NCBI RefSeq assembly: GCF_902713615.1
Contig: NC_052149.1
Coordinates: 67,445,443 to 67,509,442, forward strand
Length of the DNA: 64,000 bases
Direction: 5' to 3'
Source: Scyliorhinus canicula
Lineage: Eukaryota
Part shown: positions 25,706-37,760 of the stretch, in pieces
Layout of the letters: each line of letters starts with the position of its first letter
How positions within the stretch are numbered: position 1 is the stretch's first letter
Made by a program: the position numbers and the translations under genes
The notes under the pieces: generated by a model
Database searches by the model: none
What the model saw: the letters and a program-made list of their open reading frames with translations, nothing else
What the model was told of the DNA's origin: nothing

Positions 25706-26059
25706 TTTGGCAAAGCTGATGTTTGGCCATCTGTACAGCCTGCTTTGCTGATGCAGTTGCAAGATAGAATTTCATTATGAATGATTGGCTGAGCTTCAGA
25801 TATCATTGATGGACTGCAAGCTTTGGTTGATGGACAGTTTTTTCTGAGGTGGTATTAATTTTATGTTTATTTGAAGTAATTTTTCAATGCCTATTTATTT
25901 GGACAGATTTAAGAGATGTTAGGTGGATTAAAGTTTTCTCATTGGGGCTATGAAGGGCTGTGTTTGGTTGATAGTTTTATGAACTTGCAAAGAGGCAACT
26001 GTTTTCCAAGGGATTTTAAAAATTGCTTTTTAAAATCTCGTGAGCAGTTTAATGCTGAA

Positions 26060-26656
26060 GGGAACGCCCCACGCCGGGTGGGAGAATCGTGGGAGGGCCA
26101 GGCGACTCATTTCGCGTCCCCCTGGCGCCCCCCGCGATTCTCCCACCCCCCACTCGATGGGCCGAGCGGCCTGCCATTCGCGACCATTTCACGACGTCGG
26201 CAACCACACCTGGTCGCTACTATTGTGAACATGGGTGCCAAAGGCCTGTTTGAAGCTTGTGGGGGACGGAGAGGGGAGTGAGCACCACGGCCGTGCTCGG
26301 GAGTGGACTGGCCCGCGATCGGTACCCACTGATCATCGGGCCGTCGTCTCTAAGAGACGCACTCTTTCCCCTCCGCCGCCCCGCAAGATCAAGCCGCCAC
26401 GTCTTGCGGGGCGGCGGAGGGGAAGACGGCAAACGTGCATGCGCGGGCTGGCGCCGGCCAACCTGCGCATGCGCAGCTGACGTCATTAGGCGCGCCGGCC
26501 GCGTCATTCCCGGCGGCCGAGAATAACAGAGCGCCGCTCCTAGCCCCCCGGGTGGGGGTGAATAAGGTGAGAGGAGCGGCCTCCGAAGCCGTCGTGAAAC
26601 TCAGCCGAGTTCACGACGGATTTCTCGATTTTCCACGGAAGCGGAGAATTCTGCCC
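26060..26656. mobile_element. CpG-rich Harbinger-type MITE lacking the outermost left TIR
   Basis: Right TIR ggagaattctgccc; internal motifs colinear with 14286-15000. Confidence 0.8.
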
Positions 26657-26918
26657 TTTATCTTTGGATAAAATACTCTAATGCATCTGAACCCTTACAC
26701 AGTGCTCGCCAATTTAATGACCTCCTGCTTTTTAAGGACAGAGACCGATGACCAATTATTGCATTACTCATGGCAGGCGGGGGGAATGGCTTGCTAATTT
26801 TAAAATTAGGAGCCCTACAAGCCTGCCATTTGTTCTTCCAGGAAAATCCAGCTCTGGAAAAGCATTAATTTGTTTTTCTGTCTAGTTATATGTGGTATTG
26901 GCAGTGTGTGGACACCAT

Positions 26919-27629
26919 GGGCGGGATTCTCTGACCCCCGCCGGGTCGGAGAATTCCCGGGGGGCGGCCCGAATCCCGCCCCGCTGCTCACTCGCCGGCT
27001 GCCATATTCTCCAGCGTTGGTTTTCAGGCAGGGGCGGGGTTTACGGCGTGCTGGTCAGGGGCTGTTGTCAGAGGCCCCCCAGGCAATTTTCCGGGTGGGC
27101 CGCACGGCCGTCGTTTCCTGGCCAGTCCCGTCGACGTGAAATGGACATGGTCCATCACTGCGGGACCTGGCTTGTAGGCCGGCTAGGTAAGCCCTCAAGG
27201 GGGGGGGCGTGCAGGGGGGAGATCCGACCCCTGGGGGATGGGGGATCCGGCCCCTGGGGGGGCCCCCATGGTGGCCTGGCCCGCGATCGGGGCCCACTGA
27301 TCTGCGGGCGGGCCTGTGCCGTGGAGGCACTCTTTCCTTCCATGCCGGCCTCTGTCGGGCTCCGCAATGGCCAGCACGGAGAAGAACCCCGCTGCGCATG
27401 CGCAGGACACGCCGACCGGTCTGCGCATGTACGGAACCACGTGTGCGGTTCTGTGCACGCGCCAACTCGCGCCGGCCCTTCGCCGGTTGTCGTGGCGCCA
27501 ACTCTTCCGGCGCTGGCCTAGCCTCCGGAAGTGCAGAGGATTCCGCACCTTCCTGTCGGCCCGGCGCCGGAGTAGTTCATGCCACTTTTGGTGTCGGGCC
27601 ATCCGGCCAGTTGCAGGAGAATCCCGCCC
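26919..27629. mobile_element. Complete CpG-rich Harbinger-type MITE (711 bp)
   Basis: TIRs gggcgggattctc / gagaatcccgccc; 3-bp TSD CAT (26916-26918, 27630-27632). Confidence 0.92.
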
Positions 27630-27684
27630 CATGTTATATTACATATTGCATGTGTTCTGTATGCAGTATCTGTAGAGTTATTAC

Positions 27685-27968
27685 AGAAACCCTATAGTGC
27701 AGAAGGAGGCCATTTAGCCAATCAAGTATGCCCTGACCCTTGGAAAGACCCTTCCCTGCCCTATCCCCATAACCCCATCACACCTTTGAACATTAAGGGG
27801 CAATTTTATCATGGCTAATCCATCTAACCTGCACATCTTTGGACTGGGAGGAAACAAGCGGACCCAGAGGAAACGCACGCAGACACGAGGAGAAAGTGCA
27901 AACTCCACAAACTGAGCTGAGAATCGAACCCGGTACTGTGAGGCAGCAGTACTAGCCACTGTGCCACC
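27685..27968 (-). mobile_element. HE1 SINE, degenerate
   Basis: Reverse-complement similarity to HE1. Confidence 0.8.
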
Positions 27969-29739
27969 CTTGACATCTTGAACAATTAATTTGTATAAGC
28001 TTAGGTCTAATGATTCACATTGCCTTTGGATGGAATAAGAGACAGTTCAGAATCATGGAAACTGTAATACAGAAGGAGACCTTTCAGCCCATCAAGTCTG
28101 TGCTGGCTCTTTAAAATGCCATTGTTTAATCCCACATCTGCATCAGCTTCCATCACCTTTTTCAGGTAGTGTTCCAGATACTGACAATTCACATCATTTG
28201 ATTTATCTCTTCATCCATAACTGAATTTAGACATTCACAGTAATTCTCAATGCTGTTTAATAAAATTAGTCAAATTAACCATCTGTCTAGTTCTTTATTT
28301 GGACTCTATTCGGCTCAGCTAACCGTGCTGGTCTCAAAAACTATTTTATTTTGATACAAAATAGATCCCAAGTGCTCTTATAGCTGTCCCATAATATCAT
28401 AACTATAACATGTATGTTTCTGTTAGCCGAATGAAAATACCTTTTACTTTTTACATTCTGCACTAATAGTATAAAAAAAATTAATCAACCTTGTCTAGTA
28501 GGTCTGAAACAATCAGAACATATTCACATTTTTAAATGTACTTTCCCGCTCCCAATTCAGTGAATTTGAATTATCTTCTTCGTGTTTTATCATATGGTGA
28601 CCTAGAAAACCTTTAGCAGTTATGCCAGGATTGCACAAGTTGCTGCCTGCAGCTTGTGGGGGATGATTGTGGTAAAAATGCTGGATGCCGGCATCCCAAC
28701 AGAAAGATGCCAAGAAACTGGGCAAATCCTGATCTACTTTGGTTAACTGCTCAGTAGGAATCACCTGTGGTTTGCCTCTCAGGAGAGATGCAGGAGTGAG
28801 TAATTCCTGTGTCAGCTCGCCAGACTTGTATTAACTAGTTCAAATTGGAATTAATTTATTTTACAGCTCTGTGCTGTGAGATCGTTTCATCCATTTTGCA
28901 TTGGCTACTGGCCCCGGTTGAATTTCTCCTCCGTTACTTGTGTACACACAAATCTCAGTTGGAGGTGTACCTGAATAACACATCAAACGTGTTCAGTATC
29001 CACTTTTATCCTCTTCTCAGAACTGACTTCATTTGGTCATATTTCTGTGGGTTGATTGATTTTTCTCCGCCTTTTGAGCCCTCAGTTGTCGCACTCCTAC
29101 TGCTCTCCTGGTTGGGATCAATATGATCGTCAGAGACCAGAGATTCAACCTGGTCCAGTACTGGCCTGTGATACTACCACACGAGCAATACAAGTATCCA
29201 GTGCTGCTGAGGGGGCCTCATAATTTCCACTTTCATTCTATAATGAAATAAATAAATGCACCTTTTGTAGTTTTTAAGATGGATAAGAAACATGAATATA
29301 AGAAATATATAACCCTGAGTAATAATGATGGAGGTTATCAATAACAGACTTATGAAGGACGTCCGAACACATCTTCATGATTAAAAGCAGCTGTCAATAT
29401 ATTGCCAGCTATTAACTTATCCTGCAGGCTTGACACACCGACCAGGTGTTAGGTGACAAGCTAATTAAATAATGTTGAAAAGAGTTATTATTTAATACAT
29501 ATTGAGGTTAAGAGTCATACAACTGCAAATACTGTTAGCAATTTACTATTCCCTAATCCATTCTTTCAAGGGTTGTGAGAATTATATAAAGCTTACCTTG
29601 TTTTTGAAATTGCTTTGCGGGCAAAGGCATTGCATCCAGATAAAACCATCACTTCTTTGCTTTATGCAACTCAATTTTATGCTGATGTTATGCAAGCTTT
29701 TGTGAATATTTCTAGTAAAACTAATAATTTCTGGTAAAA

Positions 29740-31835
29740 TGGTGGGATAGTGGTTAGCACTGCTGCCTCACAGCGCCAGGTACCCGGGTTCAATTCCGGC
29801 CTCGGGTGACTGTCTGTGTGAAGTTTTCACTTTCCCCTCGAGTCTGCGTGGGTTTCATCCGGGTGCTCTGGTTTTCTCCCACAGTCCAAAGATTGGGTGG
29901 CATGGTAGCACAGTGGTTAGCACTGTTGCTTCACATGCCAGGGTCCCAGGTTCGATTCCTGGCTTAGGTCACTGTCTGTGCGGAGTCTGCACGTCCTCCC
30001 CATGTCTGCGTGGTGTTGTGCCTAAACCACAATATGTCTTAACCCATATTGAGTGGACAAATGACTACAAGTCTGCTTCATATAATCATTCAATATTTAT
30101 TAACCAACACACAATTGTTACTGTTAATCGATCATACACACACACACATACTTAAGTCAAACTACAAAGCTAGTATGCACAAGACCTTAACTTAACTTCA
30201 GACTGACTAGCAAGTACCAGACAGATATTGGCCTTTATCTGTATCCCGAATCTTATAGTGCTCAATGTTCAGTCCTTGGTCTGATCTGTTCCTAGCTCTA
30301 GTCTTCCTTCAGTTGGTTGGGTGATGGTCTTTCTCCTCTGCCGTTCAAGCGTCACCATTGTTGGTTGTTGCTGCAGAGAGGTTCTAAGTTGGTGCAGCAC
30401 CTTTTAACCTGCTTGGAATTTGTGCCCTTTGGTGGGCGGTCTCTGGGTCATTGTCAATCAATTGATCAGGGCTCGGTCACTCTGATCAATCAAGTCCAAT
30501 CAGGCTGCCACATTGATTTTGGGGTGGGCACTCAGTGGCAATGCATGCAAGTCTTGGGGGCAGGTAGGCACTTCCAAATAAGTAGCTTCGGTGCCGCTAT
30601 GTCTGGTAAACAAGTGTGATTGACAGGATAGTTCTATTGTTCCTGGGATGGCCTGGAGATGACATTTTTCCTCTGTTACTTTGCAAAGTCTAGGCTGCAG
30701 CTTTTTGTGTATTTGCAAGCTGCAGCCGGTCTGTCCCTGAACTTGGCCACTTTTCCCAGCATCCTTTGTGGGAGGCCACAGCGGGTTTCATAGAATTTGG
30801 TGTCATAGAATTTACAGTGCAGAAGGAGGCCATTCGGCCCATCATGTCTGCCCCGGCTCTTGGAAAGAGCACCCTACCTAAGGTCAACAACTCCACCCTA
30901 TCCCCATAACCCAGTAACCCCACCCAACACTAAGAGCAATTTTGGACACTAAGGGCAATTTACCATGGCCAATCCACCTAACCTGCACATCTTTGGACTG
31001 TGGGAGGAAACCGGAGCACCCGGAGAAAACCCACGCACACACGGGGAGGATGTGCGGACTCCGCACGGTCAGTGACCCAAGCCGGAATCGAACCTGGGAC
31101 CCTAGAGCTGTGAAGCGATTGTGCTATCCACAATGCTACCGTGTTTCCTCCAGGTTCTCCAGTTCCTCCCGCAAATCCCAAAAGACGTGATTGTTAGGCG
31201 AGTTGGACATTCTGAATTCTCCCTCGGTGTACCTGAACAGGCGCAGGAGTGTGCGACGAGGGGATTTTCACTGACTTCATTGCAGTGTTAATGTAAGCCT
31301 ACTTGTGGCACTAATAAAGATGATTATTTTAGAACATTACAGCACAGAACAGGCCCTTCGGCCCTCGATGTTGTGCCGAGCAATGATCACCCTACTCAAA
31401 CCCACGTATCCACCCTATACCCGTAACCCAACAACCCCCCCCTTAACCTTACTTTTTAGGACACTACGGGCAATTTAGCATGGCCAATCCACCTAACCCG
31501 CACATCTTTGGACTGTGGGAGGAAACCGGAGCACCCGGAGGAAACCCACGCACACACGGGGAGGACGTGCAGACTCCACACAGACAGTGACCCAGCCGGG
31601 AATCGAACCTGGGACCCTGGAGCTGTGAGGCATTTATGCTAACCACCATGCTACCGTGCTATTATTATAAAGATTATGTGCAACTTAGGTGGATTGGCCA
31701 TGTTAAATTGCCCCTTAGTGTCCAAACGTTTAGGTGGGGTTACGGGCTTAAGTAGGGTGCTCTTTGCAAGGGTCAGTGCAGACTCAATGGGCCAAATGGC
31801 CTCCTCCTGCACTGTAAATTCTACGATTCTACGAT
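29740..31835. mobile_element. Nested cluster of four HE1-type SINEs and one solo LTR
   Basis: Outer SINE 29740-29893 resumes at ~31675; inner ATT-tail SINE 29895-30013 resumes at 30781-30789 and 31143-31330; minus-strand HE1 copies at 30790-31143 and 31330-31660. Confidence 0.85.
30014..30780 (-). mobile_element. Solo LTR (767 bp), Gypsy-like
   Basis: TG...CA ends, 4-bp TSD gtgg/gcgg exactly splitting the SINE motif ctgcgtgg|gtttc; minus-strand AATAAA near 30095. Confidence 0.75.
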
Positions 31836-32246
31836 AATCAATGCATCCATTGGAGTATTAGCACCTTAATTTACGTTGATGCCAGCCTCAAAGTCCTCAT
31901 TGAAATCCAGAAATTGCATCAGATCTGTTCAAAGAGGTAACATGGGTCAATCGGAAGACATTGATGACATCTATTCCCTTACCTAGCCCCTGCCCCTTTC
32001 CATCTTTCTCTCCAAGGAAGAATTGGGTGTATAATCGTTAATACAAACACAAAATGTATGGGCATTGTTACAAATACCACTTTCAGGATGATGCTTGTAA
32101 GGAGCAATAGATCCAGCAGACCTGAGCTATATTGCTGATGTTACATTGTATTCTAGCTAGGAGAAACAGGGCTATAAACATGCATCCATAGCATATGTCC
32201 ATAAAGAAACTTCAATAGCTGATTCATTATCATTTAGCATAATGCT

Positions 32247-32648
32247 TGTCATGATATGCAGACATGCACATAATGAGATACAGACAGGCAGCTAATGAAC
32301 ACAGAGAACAGGACATAACCAATCAGCAGGCAGAACACTTGGGGATGATTTCCCACTATAAAAGGCATGAGGCACTCACACTCCGCCTCTTTCCACTAGG
32401 GACATCTACAGAGTGAGTCCGGTGTATATATCACGTAACGCATACAGCATGTGGCTGAGAGCTAGTCTGGTTCAGTCAGACATAGGGACCACACTTAGGT
32501 TAGCAGAGAGTTGCACTCACAGAGAATAGTGCTAACTGTGTGACAGGTTCAATAAATCAAATTGAACTAACTTCAAGGTCTGGACTCTATTTCAGTCATA
32601 GCTGCATCCAGTTGCAGCCCATGTTATCTCAGTGTGCTTAACACAACA
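32247..32648 (+). mobile_element. Solo LTR (402 bp), related to 15559-16071
   Basis: TG...CA ends, 5-bp TSD ATGCT (32242-32246, 32649-32653), TATAAAA, AATAAA, shared 3' end 'taacacaaca'. Confidence 0.9.
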
Positions 32649-33093
32649 ATGCTGAAGCTCTAGTTGGTATTCTGCTAACATTAAGAACAATGATTAGAAG
32701 TTTCCCACAGTTCATTGGACCTCTTCACTTCACTTTTTGATACACAGGAACTGGTACAAAGTGATGTGAGGGTGCTCTACTCTCTCGAGGTGACCCACCA
32801 TATGGTGCTGCACAGTTATTTTTTTATGGAACTGAAACTACAATACATTGGTATAATATGTACATTGTAATTGTGCTATTCGTCAGTTGTTCCAAAGCAA
32901 CATTATGGGCATGAGAACAGTGAGAACTTTGAAACACTACCTTTTCAGCATAATATGACTTTTTGTCTCTTTGATTTTGAATTGTAGGAATCAATGCATC
33001 AACAGATTTAGTCGATGTACTATTTGTTCTATCTGTAATGTTAAAGACTAATAAAAATGTTGACGTAAAGCGAGATCCTCTCTGTTCTTGCAG

Positions 33094-33112
33094 GGTGTAT
33101 CGACTCAAATTG
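33094..33112 (+). CDS. Candidate 19-nt micro-exon
   Basis: Acceptor 'cctctctgttcttgcag', donor 'TTG|gtacgc', locally retained CpGs in non-repeat DNA; stays open when joined to 17772-17804 in two frames. Confidence 0.28.
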
Positions 33113-33422
33113 GTACGCGGTGCTTGTCAGCCTAATATTTACCTTTTTGTGGTTGTGTAAACTGTGGCCTGGACCTTCCTCAGAGTAACAATCTCCAGCG
33201 GATCTCTCAGGACGGACGTGCTGTAATTGCAAAGCTCATCTCGCCCAACCTTCCTCACTAAGGCTAGATGAGCCAGGAGCAGCTACTACCCCTGGCTGTG
33301 TCAACAAGCTATAACTGGAGTGCATAGAAGAAAAGAACCCCTCCTTTTTACAGCACAAGCTGCTGGACTGGGAGCAGGGTCAGTCCAGGCAATGGGAAGG
33401 GTTGGTCAGGTCAGTAGGTGGG

Positions 33423-33662
33423 TGTGATGTTGAATCAACCCTGTGTCTGTACTCACTGAGTGTCTCCACTGGAAAGAGGAAGATCATGTGTGCTGTGTCC
33501 TTTATATATGTGTTGGTGTAATGCCCCCCTGTGGTAGTGTCACCTCTGACCTATTGGTTGAGAGTCTGTGTGTCATGTCTCTAGTGCTCCCTCTAGTGTC
33601 TAGCTAGTCTACATGTACTTACATTAACCCCTTGTGTATCTACAGTGATGCATATCACCACA
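33423..33662 (-). mobile_element. Partial LTR of the 15559 family
   Basis: Ends with the reverse complement of 'tgtggtgatatgcatcactgta'. Confidence 0.8.
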
Positions 33663-33879
33663 GGGGGGTGGGTCAGTCAATCCGGGAAAGGGATTTGGAC
33701 CGGAGTGTGGGGGTTGGTCAGACCGGGAGTGAAGGGATTGGGTGGGGTTGGTGTGCCGGGTCCACTTGTGGGTGGGTGGGGTTTCTACCCAAACTCTAAT
33801 TCTGGTGGATGCGGAAAGGCAGCAGTGTTCAGACCCACTCTGCCTAGCAAGTGATCTTCTCACCTTCAGGCTCACCACC

Positions 33880-34195
33880 AGCGACAGCAGAAAATCCCAT
33901 CTGAGGGTAAAAGGCAAAAGGAATGGCACTGAGACAAGTACAAAATCAAAAGATGTTCCCAGAAGAGATCTGAATGGAAAAAACTGGGACATCATCAACC
34001 ACTGCAGTCCAAAAATAAGAGAATACAAAAAGTGAAACAAAATGGGGGCAGAGGTTATGAACTGAAATTTTGTTGAGTCCAGAAGGCTGTAAAGGCAAGA
34101 TGCTGCTGTTCCTTCAGCTTATGTTTGGTTTCATAGAAACTGTGGAGGAGGCTGAAGGCAGAGTGGGAGTAGGTAGGGGAATTAAACAGATCGGC
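33880..34195 (-). mobile_element. Penelope-like element 3' remnant (GIY-YIG C-terminus)
   Basis: Minus translation 'KLKEQQHL...LQPSGLN' resembles the PLE endonuclease end. Confidence 0.6.
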
Positions 34196-35679
34196 AATCA
34201 TAGAATTCCTACAGTTCAGAAGGAGACCGTTCGGCCCATCGAGTCTGCGACGAGCCTCTGAAAGAGCACCCTATCAATGCCCATAAACCCCCACGCCTCG
34301 CGCCTCGTGTTAATACCCATCAATGTGAGAATATCTGTGCTGGTGAAGGGTGCACTATACTGATGAGATGCTCTTAGATGATGTGTCTTCTTGAGGTTTC
34401 CTGTGGCCCTAGAACAATGGTCAGTTAATTGTCTCTCCTGTAGGTCCACGAGCAGATAATAGTGAAGGTTAACAATTTGCTCCTTCAATCAACTCTCACT
34501 ACTTGCTCTTGACCTGGATGTCACTTTGGTTAGCAAGGCTTTCAGAAAAACCTTACACATTATTAGCCAAAAGGTTTAATGCCCGCATTCTTACCATTAC
34601 TCTCTATGACAGCTTCGCCCTCAGTAACTTTTTGCCCTGCTGAAACCCATCATAATTCCATTGCTTCATCTTCTTTCAGAATCAGTAGAGCTATGATTGA
34701 CATACCATCGGTAGTTCTTTTCTGTTACCTTGCATTGGGAGATGCTTCTCATTCACTGGGGGGATTTTCTGATATTCCCCGTCCCTGTACAGTGACATAA
34801 TGTGGGACCGTCGTTTCCATACATTTTGATACATTAACATATTATTAAAGGGCTCCCCAGCCACATGACTTCACCCCCCCGCCCTCAATAAATATTCATA
34901 CTGAAGTGACATCACAACAGCTATATAAGTCCGGCAATCAGACGAGGGAACTGGCCAAAGATGCAAAGGTACCTGTAGCCTGGGGGAGGGAGACATACCC
35001 AGGCATGTGGGGGGGGGGGGGGGGGGGGGCTGTGGTATGTGCAGGTGCCTGTGAAAAGGGAGTCGGGGTGTGCCATGCCTGTGAATGGCATGGTGAGGGG
35101 GGTGGGGGGGATCCCACGCCTGTGAACAGGGTGTGAGAGTGGCATGATTGTGAAGGGGGTCGTGGAGGGGTTGTCTTGTCTGTCAAGGAGGAGGGGGAAG
35201 GGAGACTTGCCTGTGAAGAGGTTGGTGGTGGGGTGGGGCGGCTGGGGGTTTGCACCAAGGTAGAGTATGCCCGTGATAATGACACAGGGGAAGGGGAGTG
35301 GAGAAAAGAGTGCCCCTGATACTTTTATAGTAGTGGGGGAAGGGAGTGTGCCCCCTGATACTTGTGTGGTTCTGGGAATGAGAACCCCCGATAATTCCAT
35401 GGTGAGGGGGGGTTCCTCTTCGTCTGTGATGGGCGGAGTTTAATTTCAGCACTGATCGGGGCGCCCTTTAAAGATGATGCCCCAATCTCTGTTTACATGA
35501 CCTTGCGGCTCTCAGGCCCTGCCCCCAGCAGTGATGGCGTAAAGCACATCCTCAGGTGTTCTGTGCATTGAGTATGAGAAAATTTGGTCCAAAAATGTGA
35601 CTTTGCATCTGGAGAGTAACATGCTTGTTTTCAGTCAGAGCCTGGGAATTTCAACCATAGTATCACTCATATCATAGCC

Positions 35680-36972
35680 CAGTTACACCACTCCTTGGCC
35701 TGTGCCACCATCCTTGTGCAGCATCATGCTTCTTGAGAAACTGTCTGGAAGGAGTCGTTGAGTCTTGGCAATACAGTCAACAAGTCTGGCTGATCATGGG
35801 CCTCTAGTGTGAGGCTAGTGGCTGTTCATGTCCAATGCATGGTACAACAACTTCTCTTCACATCCTCTGGGCACCATTCATGAGTTGCAAGAATGGACAT
35901 TTGCTATTATGAATGCAACTCATCTTACCAAAGCGTCCAAGGACACCTAAATGTTTGCTGCACCCAACCCGTGTCTGTGCAATCATCCTGTGGCTGCTGA
36001 CATCCTGGACCACCACCAGCCATGCCTCCTTGGCAAGGCTTGGTCGCATTCTCCCATCCACTGGAACGCATGCCTCTCTGTCCATTCCATTTCTGCCTGC
36101 AGCAACTCCTCCTGAGGTGTCAGTGTCCAATCTCTCCACTGACTCCAGACATTAGCGGGGGGGGCGATTCTCTGAGGTGCGGAGAATCGGCGCCTTTTGC
36201 GCCGGCGCGTTTGGCGCTGTGCTGGCCGCAGGCCACTGGAATCAGTGGGGCCGCCAATTCTCCGGCCCAGATGGGCTGAGCGGCCGTGCTGATACGACAG
36301 AGTGCTGCCGGCGGTGTTCACCCCTGGTCACTGCCGGCGGGAACTCTGCACGATCAGTCGGGGGGGGGGGGCGGCCTGTGTGGGGGGCTCCTCCACCGGG
36401 GGGGCCTCGAACGGGGTCTGGCCCGTGATCGGGGCCCACCGATCGGTGGGCCGGCCTCTCCCCCGGGCCTACTTTCTGGCGTGCCGGCTCCTGAACACCG
36501 ACGCCATGTTGAGTTGTGGCCAGCGCATTAAAGAAGTCCCCCGCGCATGCATGGGTTGGCGTGGCACCGCAAAAGGAGGCTGGAGCGGCGTGAATTGCTC
36601 CAGTGCCGTGCTGGCCCCCTGTGGCCCGGTTCGAGCCATCGTGAAACGCGACCGCGTTCACGACGGCGCAAAGACTTGGGCTCCATATTGGAGAATCACC
36701 CCCTGCAGCTCAGCATTGCTTGTTCAGCACCCCTTCCACTGTCCTCATTGTGTGCAGCCTGGAGCAGGGCTGCTCAGTGCGCTTTAAATATGGTACCTGT
36801 CTTTGAGCTGCTAGTGTTTCCTCCTGCTTGCCACCCGTTATTGACTGGTTCTCTTGCCTGCTGGCGATTAATTGGCTGCAGGTGGCAAAATCCTCAAGGA
36901 AGTCCCATCGCCTTTGCAGCTCACACTGAACACGGACGTTGGGATTTCCTTTCTTTTGCTAAAATTCAATCC
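35680..36972 (-). mobile_element. Harbinger Myb/SANT gene remnant split by a MITE
   Basis: ORF 35858-36139: 'REACVPVDGRMRPSLAKEAWLVVVQDVSS...QTRVGCSKH', Myb/SANT-like. Confidence 0.6.
36160..36703. mobile_element. CpG-rich Harbinger-type MITE
   Basis: TIRs gggggcgattctc / gagaatcaccccc; shared core ggcccgtgatcggggcccaccgatcgg; TSD obscured by G run. Confidence 0.85.
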
Positions 36973-37462
36973 TTAAATTGTGAATACAATCAGTTAAATT
37001 CATTGTCTCCTGAGGGTGAATGACAGACAACACAATTGCTCCAGTTCACTGCAGGAAATATATGCAATTGTTTTGTTGCTTCTGCAGGCACCCTGATCTA
37101 TCTAAATATTCATAGTATTGAACCACTGTGAATTGAGTAAGACTCTGCAGAAGAAAGTACAAATGAGTTTAATTCTCTTTGTGCCCTTGGGAGACAAACA
37201 TGTGCTCTGGCATCCGACAAGTCTTGTAACATATGTTCACTGCGAAATATCCTCTTTGGGTCGCTTTTAAGAACAAAAGGCCTCCGTAACTCAATAACAA
37301 GTAGAAGTTATGTCAGCACACAAAACAACTTTAACATTTCCCTTGTATTACTATGCTTTATAATAGTTACAAAGGGATCCTAAATCGAAGGCATAAACTC
37401 TCAGAAGTGAAAAATTGAGGTGCCGTTTGCTTGATTGCCCTGGAATACCAGGTGATGCAAGG

Positions 37463-37760
37463 TTGGATTGGATTGGTTTCTTGTCACGTGTACCTAGGTG
37501 CAGTGAAAAGTATTGTTCTGCGTGAAGCTCAAGCACATCATTCCACATATGAAAAGAAAATATATAAGGCAAACAAAAAATACACAATATAAATACATAG
37601 ACACAGGCATCGGGTGAAGCATTCAGGGCTGTAGTACTACTCAGTAGAGAAGATTTGTGAAGAGATCAGATCAGTCCATAAGAGGGTCGTTTAGGAGTCT
37701 GGTAACAGCGGGGAAAAAGCTGTTTTTGAATCTGTCAGTGCGTGTTCTCAAACTTTTGTA
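37463..37760 (-). mobile_element. Rex1/Babar-like LINE 3' end
   Basis: (TTGGA)n tail and 'gtctggtaacagcggggaaaaagctgtttttgaatctg' resemble this clade's 3' region; family assignment from memory. Confidence 0.55.

Noticed and set aside
29590-29715. Minus-strand exon candidate with strong AAG|gtaagc donor
   Set aside because: Weak acceptor, unrecognisable peptide and no partner exons found on that strand
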